Positions 55,695 through 64,000 of a stretch of 64,000 nucleotides of DNA are shown here, in pieces. Below the pieces are notes generated by a model. That model was not told where the DNA came from, did no database searches, and saw nothing but the letters and a program-made list of their open reading frames with translations. Each line of letters begins with the position of its first letter. The stretch's first letter is position 1. Origin of the DNA: Candidatus Lloydbacteria bacterium (GTDB taxonomy: Bacteria; Patescibacteriota; Minisyncoccia; Phycocordibacterales; UBA6899); NCBI GenBank assembly GCA_043719805.1, contig JAYSTI010000001.1:151770-215769 (forward strand), written 5' to 3'. The translations under genes were made by a program, and so were the position numbers.

Positions 55695-57896
55695 TTATTT
55701 TTGACCGCTGATTTCCTTTATCAGTTGCGTACCTTGATCTTTCAGGCTCGCGTCGAGGCTCATACCCTTTTCAACTGCGGCAATTGCCGCTGCTTTGTCT
55801 CCCTGAGGAGTATATGCCGCCGCAAGGGAGAAGTAGTCACGACCTGAGCCAAATCCTCGTGCAATCTTTTCGTTTACCATTTCTATCACCTTCTGATACT
55901 GCCCAACTGTTCCGAGCGCATTGATGATGCGATTATCGTACGCGATTGGATTGACCTTTTGGTCCACGAGGACTTCGTCCATGAGCGCAATCTTGTTTTG
56001 ATAGATGAGCGCTGTCGCATATGCGAGCACGGCGTCGGGATTTGCTTTTGCAAGCTCATAGGCAATCTTCGCCTGCTCTTCCGCGCGAGCATAGTCTTTG
56101 ACCGCAGCGTACATCATTGAGAGATCAATGCGTGTAGACTGGCGTTTAGGCGAAAGTTTAATTGCCTCATTGAATTGCTCGAGTGCCTTATCGTATTCGC
56201 CGAAGCGCGCATAAAACGTCGCAGCAAACGAACGCATGCGCGAATTATTTGGATCGTCGGCGAGCTCTTTGGTGAACTCCTCGGAGGCGAGGTCGTGAAA
56301 CATCTTCCTGATGTTTTCCGGCACGCGCGGGTCTTGAGTCTGAACGGCAATTTGTGCAAGCTGTTCGCGACCTTCAGTTGTCCCAAAAAGTCCCTGGTCG
56401 AGGATTGCTTTCATTGCAATTATCTTCTGTCCTTTTGGACCGTCGATAAGTATCCCCTCAGGGCGGATGGAACTGATGAGGTCGACGTTTGCATTGATAT
56501 TTCTGATGTTGACGTAGTAGATCATCGCGCAAGTAAGTGCGACAACTACTGCGCCCGCAATCGCGAGGTCCCCCGCCTCCAGTTCGTCTCCCGAGCGCGT
56601 CTTCTTTTGGACCTTCTCGACAACAGCGTCCTCAGCGTTCAATGTATGGAGGAATGCGAGTATCCCGAAGAAGATGATGTAGCTCGTGAGGTTGTCGAAT
56701 ACGAAAATGTTGTGAATAAAATACCCGGCAAGCATGCCCGTAAGAATACTCCGCTCTATAATAGAGAAGCGATGCTTCCTCCCGAACCAGAGATAGTAAA
56801 GGGCAGCTCCAAACATCGAGAGGTATGAGAGAAGTCCGAGTGCCCCTCCGGCGATAAGCCAGTCAAAGAACACGTCATGAGAGCGGTCGAACCAAGGCTC
56901 CTGATTCCACATATTGGGATTATACTGATCCGCAAAAACGTAGAGGAAATTGTCCTGTCCCCAGCCGAGCAACGGTCGTTTCTTGAATCCCTCCCACGAC
57001 ATTTCCCAGATCATGAAACGTGATTTTGTCGTCGCATCGTCCATTGATATCGATGCCATACGTCGCAAGGTCGGACTCTCCTGGATGAACGAAGAATCCT
57101 TGAACGCAATAAATGCGCCAATCAGTAGAAATGCCCCCAAAACTCCACCGACGGCATATTTTTTCCACTGCGGATGCTCTTTGTCGAAAATTGCAATAAG
57201 GAGAAGGGTCAAAAATATACCGCCAATCACACCGAGGAGTGTACCGCGCGTCTGTGTGTAGTAGACGATGACCACATTCACCGTCGCGATTATCGGATAA
57301 ATCCAGCGGAGGGTATTTTTCTGCCCATCACGGAAGAACAGGAACATTGCGAGAAATGCATGAAAAAGCGCGAAGACCGCGAGATAGACCGAATTCCCAA
57401 ACGTTGCATCAAGACGGTCTGTGCTCTGGTGGATCGCGGATGAACCGGTGAGTTGCGAGAAGGCGTAGAAACTCACTATGACCGACGAAGCGAGTGAGGT
57501 ACGCCAAAACCATTTCCACATATTCTCTGTCGCAAGCACTGACGCAGTGATAATGAAATAGAGGAAGAGGTGGGCAAGCGTGATGAGACCCTCCATGCGC
57601 TCATAGTTGGACCAGAAACTACGGAAAGGATTCACCCCATTGAAGTCCGCCACCGTCATGACCGCGAGGAAAGTTCCCGCTGCGGCAAGTATCCACGAAA
57701 ATTTAGGACGATATGAGGCATCGATGAACATGAGCAACACCCAGAGTCCGAGCATCGCTTCTACGATGATACGAAAGAGAAAATTCTTACCGGTAATGAA
57801 CGGAAAAAACATTGTTTCCGCGACGTATAAACAAATAAAAGGCGTGGCAAATATACACGCAAGAATGCAAAATCGCAGTAGTTCCTTTAATGACAT
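55695..57896 (-). CDS. O-antigen-ligase (Wzy_C) family protein with C-terminal TPRs; possible protein O-oligosaccharyltransferase
   Basis: About 12 TM; TFGNS, TQTRG, PLLGWG.DNF and DRSHD..FD.L...G; TPR helices. Confidence 0.88.
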   Translation of the reverse strand: MSLKELLRFCILACIFATPFICLYVAETMFFPFITGKNFLFRIIVEAMLGLWVLLMFIDASYRPKFSWILAAAGTFLAVMTVADFNGVNPFRSFWSNYERMEGLITLAHLFLYFIITASVLATENMWKWFWRTSLASSVIVSFYAFSQLTGSSAIHQSTDRLDATFGNSVYLAVFALFHAFLAMFLFFRDGQKNTLRWIYPIIATVNVVIVYYTQTRGTLLGVIGGIFLTLLLIAIFDKEHPQWKKYAVGGVLGAFLLIGAFIAFKDSSFIQESPTLRRMASISMDDATTKSRFMIWEMSWEGFKKRPLLGWGQDNFLYVFADQYNPNMWNQEPWFDRSHDVFFDWLIAGGALGLLSYLSMFGAALYYLWFGRKHRFSIIERSILTGMLAGYFIHNIFVFDNLTSYIIFFGILAFLHTLNAEDAVVEKVQKKTRSGDELEAGDLAIAGAVVVALTCAMIYYVNIRNINANVDLISSIRPEGILIDGPKGQKIIAMKAILDQGLFGTTEGREQLAQIAVQTQDPRVPENIRKMFHDLASEEFTKELADDPNNSRMRSFAATFYARFGEYDKALEQFNEAIKLSPKRQSTRIDLSMMYAAVKDYARAEEQAKIAYELAKANPDAVLAYATALIYQNKIALMDEVLVDQKVNPIAYDNRIINALGTVGQYQKVIEMVNEKIARGFGSGRDYFSLAAAYTPQGDKAAAIAAVEKGMSLDASLKDQGTQLIKEISGQK

Positions 57897-58027
57897 GCCA
57901 TCAACTATATAGGGAATGCCCACTACTGGCAATCAGCATCGACTTGTACCGCCCTTTGCTTTTATGGCCTAATAATTGTTACTATTTGAGCTTCTCTGGG
58001 GTTTTCTTAGGCATAACGAACACATTT

Positions 58028-58849
58028 ATGAATATTACCGTATATGGAGGGGGGTTTCTGGGCAACCTTGTCGCGACACACCTTAACGCAACGATGGACA
58101 ATCGGCACATTAGTACTCAGGCAGAGTTAGAACAAGCAATCGGAATCCCTGATGTTATCATCAATGCGGCCGGAAAAACGGGGCGACCAAACGTCGACTG
58201 GTGCGAGGACCACAAAGAAGAAACCTACGCAGCAAACGTGACGTTGGCGAAAGTTTTTGCCGATCATGCAAAGAAACACAACATCAGGCTTGTACACCTT
58301 TCCAGCGGATGCATCTACGAGGGAGACAACAACGGCAAGGGATTTTCTGAGGATGATGCACCAAACTTTAATGGCTCATATTACTCACGTACGAAAGCGG
58401 AAGCAGAGCACATCCTCAAGGACTACGGCAACGTGCTTATTGTTCGTCCGCGCATGCCCATCGCCGCGATGCCAACTTCACGCAATCTTTTGAATAAACT
58501 CCTCGGATATCAGAAGGTCATCGTGGTACCAAATTCAATTACGGTAATCGAGGATCTACTCCCCTCACTTAAGGGGCTCGTCGACGCCGGTGCCACGGGG
58601 ACATTCAATTTCGTGAATCCTGAGCCCGTTACACACAAGGACATTCTCGAACTCTACGAAAAACACTCCGGAAAGATGTTGGAAAAAAAATACATCCCCG
58701 CGTCTGAGCTCATCGTGAAAGCTCAACGTTCAAACACAATCCTTCGTGCAGACAAACTCCGGGATGCCGGATTTCCGATGGGACACACAGTGGAAAGCCT
58801 AGATAACATCATCAGGAGATACGTCGAACTCGAACAGGGCGCAGATTAG
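58028..58849 (+). CDS. NDP-4-keto-6-deoxyglucose 3,5-epimerase/4-reductase-like SDR (RmlD/NRS-ER type)
   Basis: GGGFLG, NAAGKTGRPNVDWCE, SSGCIY and YSRTK. Confidence 0.85.
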   Translation: MNITVYGGGFLGNLVATHLNATMDNRHISTQAELEQAIGIPDVIINAAGKTGRPNVDWCEDHKEETYAANVTLAKVFADHAKKHNIRLVHLSSGCIYEGDNNGKGFSEDDAPNFNGSYYSRTKAEAEHILKDYGNVLIVRPRMPIAAMPTSRNLLNKLLGYQKVIVVPNSITVIEDLLPSLKGLVDAGATGTFNFVNPEPVTHKDILELYEKHSGKMLEKKYIPASELIVKAQRSNTILRADKLRDAGFPMGHTVESLDNIIRRYVELEQGAD

Positions 58850-59823
58850 AAATCTCTTTGATCAAATAATCCTGCAAGTTCGTCACACCTCAATCGCACA
58901 AAGTTTGCATACTTCTCTGCCAAGTCTTCACGGCCAACCATTTTACGATAAGGCACCTGGATGAGCGCCGCGGCTATCTCGTAGACCATGCGGACAATTT
59001 CCGGTGGGGGCACGATGGCGTAGGACTCATGCAGTATCTCCGCAAGCCCGCCCTCTGAAAGTGCGCTAATGTCCGCGCTCGTACGGCAAACAATAAAATA
59101 TCGGTCGTGTACGCGCCATGCGTCCTTTGGCGGCATGACATCAATGAACGACACTCCCCCCTCGAGAAAGAGAATGTTTTCGCCGTTCGTGTCGATGACT
59201 ACCGCAACTGAGTTCATATCTCCCGCAAAATAAGACTCCGTCTGCATCGCTCGCTGCATCAATCTGCCGGCGCGATCGACTTCTTCCCGCGTCAGAAGTG
59301 GTGCTGCGGTATACGCCCAGTCGCAAGTCCCCATGACCTCAGCATGGACATGTGCAACTCCGCGTTCAAAATATTCCTCAAGTCCCGCACGACGCGCGAG
59401 CGAAAGTGCTGTGAGCCGTTCCATCAGCACGCGCACATATTCCGCAAGTTCCTCTTCACGGAGCACTCCACGCTCAATCATGCGGTGAAGGTCTCTGTCC
59501 GTATCGATCTTCTGCATAACAATATACCAATCCTCTTCACTCTCACTCACGTGTACCAACTGTTCCCCTTTCCGACGTACACCGCGAAGCTCAAGATAAA
59601 TTTCTGGCGCCATAGCATTATTCCAAAAAAAGTCTTCAGCAATATATCCGCGTCGCACTTCGCGGTCGGCAAGGTCGGCAAAATCTGCAGTACGATGTTT
59701 GTATGCTTTGTGCACCTTGTCTCCGCGAACAAAAAGTTTCGAGAGCACCGTCTCGATCACTCGGTCATGCTCCCCTTCTACTCCTTCGACGGCGAGAGCC
59801 TCCAGTGCGGTCACAATATTCAT
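58846..59823 (-). CDS. Phosphotransferase-fold (APH-like) protein resembling the N-terminal domain of bifunctional APH/AAA kinases
   Basis: IET...KAYK...FADL...R.....E...N..MAPEIYL; degenerate catalytic loop DTNGENI and FID. Confidence 0.65.
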   Translation of the reverse strand: MNIVTALEALAVEGVEGEHDRVIETVLSKLFVRGDKVHKAYKHRTADFADLADREVRRGYIAEDFFWNNAMAPEIYLELRGVRRKGEQLVHVSESEEDWYIVMQKIDTDRDLHRMIERGVLREEELAEYVRVLMERLTALSLARRAGLEEYFERGVAHVHAEVMGTCDWAYTAAPLLTREEVDRAGRLMQRAMQTESYFAGDMNSVAVVIDTNGENILFLEGGVSFIDVMPPKDAWRVHDRYFIVCRTSADISALSEGGLAEILHESYAIVPPPEIVRMVYEIAAALIQVPYRKMVGREDLAEKYANFVRLRCDELAGLFDQRDF

Positions 59824-59889
59824 TTGTCTATTATAGGGATTTACGGGTAAAAGAAAACCCGCATGCATGCATGCGGGAGGGATGGCGGA

Positions 59890-60579
59890 CTACAGACAGC
59901 GCGTGAGGACAAGCGTCATGGGATTGAAGACAGCGCGCGCCTCTTGCCCACGGAATTGGCCCGTGATGAGCACGAGACCTCCCCAGCCATACTCGGAGAC
60001 CGACAGGAATATCGGCTCGGCATGCCGGAGCTCCGTCGCCTCTGTTGCCGCGATACCAAAGAGGTCGTGCACGAGATTACACAGCACTTCGTAGTGCGAC
60101 ACGAGGATCGCGCAGCGCGGACCACGCAGATGCGCTTGACGCACGTAGTCTGCGAAGAACGCATACCACCGTGCGCGCACCTCGGCAGGTGTCTCGAAGA
60201 CCGTCGGGTCCTGGAACGCAGGCTCGGTCTCGTAGCTCACGTGGCGCTTTCCTGCGCGGAGGTCGGCATAGACCAGAGCGGCGCGGGCGGCGTCTCGCTG
60301 AGTCGTCGGACCCATCTCGACGCGCGGAAGGAGCGACCCATCGTGTGCGATCACTTCTGCAACGCACGTTGCAGTGAAATGCGCACGGGGCGCCGGCGAA
60401 GAATAGATGGAGAGGTAACGCAAGTTGACGCCATGCCGCTTCACCCACGGAAGCACGGAGTCTTGCGCGACTTGGCGCACGTGCGCCTCACCTTCCGGGG
60501 TGAGATCCCTCGGCTTGCCGTTATAGTTGGTCTTGCCGTGGCGAAGACAGAGAATTTCCAGATTCGTCGATTGGTTCAC
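59890..60579 (-). CDS. Histidine phosphatase family protein
   Basis: LRHG, SSPxxRA..TA and LVSH motifs; GTG start with AGGAG SD. Confidence 0.85.
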   Translation of the reverse strand: MNQSTNLEILCLRHGKTNYNGKPRDLTPEGEAHVRQVAQDSVLPWVKRHGVNLRYLSIYSSPAPRAHFTATCVAEVIAHDGSLLPRVEMGPTTQRDAARAALVYADLRAGKRHVSYETEPAFQDPTVFETPAEVRARWYAFFADYVRQAHLRGPRCAILVSHYEVLCNLVHDLFGIAATEATELRHAEPIFLSVSEYGWGGLVLITGQFRGQEARAVFNPMTLVLTRCL

Positions 60580-60763
60580 TACAATCTCCTTTGAGATGAC
60601 TGAATTTGAGAAGAAGTCTACTGCGCAGAGTACATAAAATAACGAAAAATGTCAAGATTCCTCGGCCGATGCGGACCATAGCAACACTGACACTTTTTGC
60701 GCAAACGCGTTGTTTTCTATAATATATGACAAGCGCCACATCGCACGCAACTTCAAACAACAT

Positions 60764-61510
60764 ATGAAAGGAGTAATTTTAGCCGGAGGAAACGGAACAC
60801 GTCTGCACCCCCTCACCAAGATCACCAATAAGCATCTCTTGCCGCTCTACAATAAGCCGGTCATTTTTCATGCCGTAGAAAAGCTCGTCAACGCAGGGAT
60901 CACCCGCATCATGATAGTGCTCTCCCCTCAGTACCTCGACGACTTTGTAAGCGTGCTCGGCTCCGGGCAGGATTTCAAATCTGCGAAAACTGGACACCAG
61001 ATCCAGATCGTCTACGGAATACAAAACGAACCGGGCGGAATTGCTCAAGGACTCTGCATCGCACACGACTTCGTCGGAGACGATTCGGTGACGCTTCACC
61101 TTGGAGACAACATCATCGAGGATGACATTGCGGAACACGTCGTAAATTTTACTTCCGGAGCGAAAATATTCTTGAAAGAAGTACATGACCCGGAGCGCTT
61201 CGGTGTTGCCACCCTCGACAAGTACAAACGCGTGACGGAGATCATCGAAAAACCAAAATCTCCCGCGACGAACCTCGCGGTAGTGGGTATCTACATATAC
61301 GACAACACCGTATTCGCAAAAATGGAGGGGCAACCCAAGAGCGACCGCGGAGAGTTCGAGATTACCTGGGTCAACAATCGCTATGTCGATGAGGGCACCC
61401 TCATGGCCGAAAACGTAAAGGGCGCATGGTTCGATGTCGGCAACTTCGATAGTCTTCTCAATGCATCGAACTATATGAAAGAAAAGCACAAGAAAGAGAC
61501 GCTGTCATGA
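60764..61510 (+). CDS. rmlA: Glucose-1-phosphate thymidylyltransferase
   Basis: GVILAGGNGTRLHPLT, KHLLP, LGDN, EKP, RGEFEIT and WFDVG. Confidence 0.93.
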   Translation: MKGVILAGGNGTRLHPLTKITNKHLLPLYNKPVIFHAVEKLVNAGITRIMIVLSPQYLDDFVSVLGSGQDFKSAKTGHQIQIVYGIQNEPGGIAQGLCIAHDFVGDDSVTLHLGDNIIEDDIAEHVVNFTSGAKIFLKEVHDPERFGVATLDKYKRVTEIIEKPKSPATNLAVVGIYIYDNTVFAKMEGQPKSDRGEFEITWVNNRYVDEGTLMAENVKGAWFDVGNFDSLLNASNYMKEKHKKETLS

Positions 61511-62463
61511 AATACGAAAAGGTCATTCTTGTAACGGGTGGTGCCGGATTCATTGGGAGTAATTATCTAAATTTCGCCGTACCAAAATACCCGAACTACC
61601 AATTCGTGAATCTCGACTCACTCACCTATGCCGCAAATCTCAACAACGTCACCGTCGCAGCATCCCCGAATTATGCATTCGCCAAAGCCGACATCCGCGA
61701 TGCAGGCAAACTCGCTGACATTTTTGAGCAATACAAACCAACCCACATCATTCATTTTGCCGCAGAGAGCCATGTCGACAACTCGATTACCGGCCCAAAC
61801 ATCTTTGTTGAAACAAACGTGCTCGGCACGCAGAACCTACTTGAGTGTGCAAGAAAAAATGCAGTAAAGCGTTTTCACCTCGTCTCCACCGACGAAGTCT
61901 ACGGCTCGCTTGCCCCCGATGCAAAGGCGAGCACCGAAGCCGATGTCCTCCTCCCCAACAGCCCCTACAGCGCGTCCAAGGCCGCAGCAGACCTGCTTGT
62001 GCGCTCATATCACAAGACATTCGGACTCGACACGGTGACCACGCGCGCCTCAAACAATTACGGCCCAAATCAGCACCACGAAAAGCTTATCCCCCGCTTC
62101 ATCACCAATCTCCTTCAAGGAAAAAAAGTGCCACTCTACGGCAACGGCAAGAATGTCCGTGACTGGATACACGTCTCCGACCACGTCACCGGTATCGACC
62201 GCGTCTTCCGCGACGGAAAACCCGGCGAAGTTTACAACCTCGGCGGCGGAAACGAGATCGAAAATATCGACATCACCAAGAAACTCATCGCGCTCGCAGG
62301 TCGCGATGAGGATGCAATCGAATACGTCACCGACCGCCTCGGTCACGACATCCGCTACGCCCTCGACTCATCCAAAGCCACCCGCGAACTCGACTGGAAA
62401 CCCCTCAAGGATTTCGAACAAGGACTCAAGGAAACATTTGAGTACTATCGCACGTTGGAATAA
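61507..62463 (+). CDS. rmlB: dTDP-glucose 4,6-dehydratase
   Basis: GGAGFIGS, AAESHVD, STDEVYG, YSASK and NNYGP. Confidence 0.96.
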   Translation: MKYEKVILVTGGAGFIGSNYLNFAVPKYPNYQFVNLDSLTYAANLNNVTVAASPNYAFAKADIRDAGKLADIFEQYKPTHIIHFAAESHVDNSITGPNIFVETNVLGTQNLLECARKNAVKRFHLVSTDEVYGSLAPDAKASTEADVLLPNSPYSASKAAADLLVRSYHKTFGLDTVTTRASNNYGPNQHHEKLIPRFITNLLQGKKVPLYGNGKNVRDWIHVSDHVTGIDRVFRDGKPGEVYNLGGGNEIENIDITKKLIALAGRDEDAIEYVTDRLGHDIRYALDSSKATRELDWKPLKDFEQGLKETFEYYRTLE

Positions 62464-62467
62464 CAAA

Positions 62468-62880
62468 TTATGAAACTTTTTTTGATCTTAGGTGTGTGCG
62501 GATAATTCTCCAGAGAGAAACGAGAATCAAGATGAGATAGAGGGGACCGAGAAATAGCGGGTATGCGAGTGCATCCATGTTAAAGAATCCTCCATTAGAC
62601 GGTATGGCGTTAACAGCAAAGGTCGCGAGAATGATGATTGGCACCATCCATCTTGCGAAGTTCCACCATGCGCGGAAGACTTCGTCGCGCATGCGGTAAG
62701 TGAGGATGGACAAAAGAAACATCACGGCACATGGAGCAAGTATGTAAAGCGCTGTCACCAGTACCCCGTCTTCTCGCAGATGGCACCAATCATCATTGCA
62801 CGATGAACCAATTATAAAAAGTGATAATAAATAAAGAATGTATACCGACGAAATTACCAGTACGTTTTTTTTGTCCCCAT
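62468..62880 (-). pseudogene. Membrane protein paralog (VFxxWxxFxxW family) with a frameshift just after the ATG
   Basis: The ATG at 62880 is out of frame with DKKNVLVISS...SCNDDWC...MRDEVFRAWWNFARWMVP; one extra base in the G4 or A8 tract restores the frame. Confidence 0.65.
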
Positions 62881-62908
62881 ATCTCTTAAATTAAAGAACT
62901 AATAAGTA

Positions 62909-63098
62909 ATTTTCATTTCCCCATGGCTGGTGAGCATTCCCGGTGCCACCATCCCAGATAATTTTGTGCGTGATGCTCGGTTGTCACATTCGTCATCTGT
63001 TTCCGCGCAGATACCAATTTGTCGATTAAACAAGGATATCAAAAAACAGTTACCCCAATAAGTCCGATGAGCAAGATGTCCTTTTTATCTTGATTCAT
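62909..63098 (-). pseudogene. Truncated remnant of a similar membrane protein
   Basis: MNQDKKDILLIGLIGVTVF, then a shift at a T6 tract into LISLFNRQIGICAETDDEC; no C-terminal half. Confidence 0.5.
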
Positions 63099-63110
63099 AT
63101 GCCAACCAGC

Positions 63111-63494
63111 CTATTTCAGCTTCTTTGATTTGAAATAGAGATAGACCGGCGTCGAGAGGGCGAAGAGGCCGAGGAGAATCGGGAAAAGGGGTTGCCATGG
63201 GTTAATCCCACTGAATCCCCCGCCACGCGCAGATGAGAGTGAGTATGCAATGAGCAAAGGGACAATCCACCAGCAAAGAAAGTGTAGCCAGGATTTGAAT
63301 ACTTCAGGGCGAACAAAGAGAGTGAAGAAGGAAGCGCTGATCAATGCAAGCAGGAGCATGCCAAAATTTTCTATGAAATTGTCAACTTCGACTGGGAGTT
63401 TTACTCCACCGATTTTTACTACCGCAAAGCATGCGAGTAGCACAAATATGGTCGCAAAAAAAAACTTGACACTTGATCTACATAATATCTTCAT
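63111..63494 (-). CDS. 4-TM membrane protein (VFxxWxxFxxW family)
   Basis: VRPEVFKSWLHFLCWWIVP aligns with the 62468 paralog. Confidence 0.75.
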   Translation of the reverse strand: MKILCRSSVKFFFATIFVLLACFAVVKIGGVKLPVEVDNFIENFGMLLLALISASFFTLFVRPEVFKSWLHFLCWWIVPLLIAYSLSSARGGGFSGINPWQPLFPILLGLFALSTPVYLYFKSKKLK

Positions 63495-63525
63495 ATATAT
63501 GATTATACCCTAATTATTCTATTGT

Positions 63526-63999
63526 CTAATATGCAATTTCTAATACACCTTTAAGTATTGAAATACTGACCAATTGAGTGTCTGTTTTCGTCGACTTCGT
63601 AACACTCTTTTCGCCACCCTCTTTCACTCTGTCGACAATTTTAGTTTGATTTGTACTCCCGGAATACTCGGCACGGATGCGACGCACGCCATTGATACGC
63701 ACATCTTGAGTGAGTAACTTTAGTGTGCCATTTTTGTTGAGCTCCCATTCGAAATCAAGAGTCGCCCTTGGGGTCGAAGTAGGTACGTCGTTATAGATAA
63801 GGGTATTGAAAACAACCTTTAACCGTGTCGGTTTTTCTCTGTACTTCACAAATGGAATGAGGAGTGTATTGCCACCCTTGTCCACAATACGGATCGAGGA
63901 AGTACTTTGAGTCACCACTGTTGCACCTTCGGCATCTACTCCTCTCACGACTAAGTCACTCGTCACGAGGTCGAAATTGAATGCAACCTCAGGTGGGTT
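63526..63999 (-). CDS. C-terminal part of a larger, probably secreted beta-rich protein (runs off the right edge)
   Basis: Frame open to the window edge (NPPEVAFNFDLVTSDLVVRG...DKGGNT...). Confidence 0.7.
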   Translation of the reverse strand, partial: NPPEVAFNFDLVTSDLVVRGVDAEGATVVTQSTSSIRIVDKGGNTLLIPFVKYREKPTRLKVVFNTLIYNDVPTSTPRATLDFEWELNKNGTLKLLTQDVRINGVRRIRAEYSGSTNQTKIVDRVKEGGEKSVTKSTKTDTQLVSISILKGVLEIAY

Positions 64000-64000
64000 G

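Noticed and set aside
1-64000. CRISPR array, tRNA or rRNA genes
   Set aside because: I saw no regularly spaced repeat-spacer units, T-loop/cloverleaf motifs or rRNA signatures by eye.

Overview
This is a 64-kb stretch of a bacterial chromosome whose gene content and style point to Patescibacteria/CPR (Parcubacteria-like; an inference). It uses the standard genetic code, with TGA as a stop. Housekeeping genes (rpe, rpiB, gap, gatB, bcp, obgE, mutY, prlC, secA, murB, rmlA/rmlB) lie mostly on the minus strand, and many appear to be leaderless. Accessory loci: (i) a WxL/DUF916-like cell-surface cluster; (ii) a minimal ATP-dependent DNA ligase next to a Pif1-like helicase; (iii) an uncharacterised four-gene module of a long coiled-coil protein, a classic-clade AAA ATPase and two membrane proteins (30997-36852), which is my best candidate for an undescribed system; (iv) a ~3070-aa SpvB/FG-GAP/RHS polymorphic toxin with two large internal inserts, an immunity gene, an orphan RHS fragment and a REP-associated tyrosine transposase; (v) a partly decayed array of paralogous membrane proteins at the right edge. 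Non-coding signals: a highly structured orphan RNA candidate (3214-3425), two families of dispersed hairpin elements, and a 24-aa Lys/Ala-rich peptide gene with a structured leader. I found no tRNA, rRNA or CRISPR array. Family assignments come from motif recognition and memory, not database searches.
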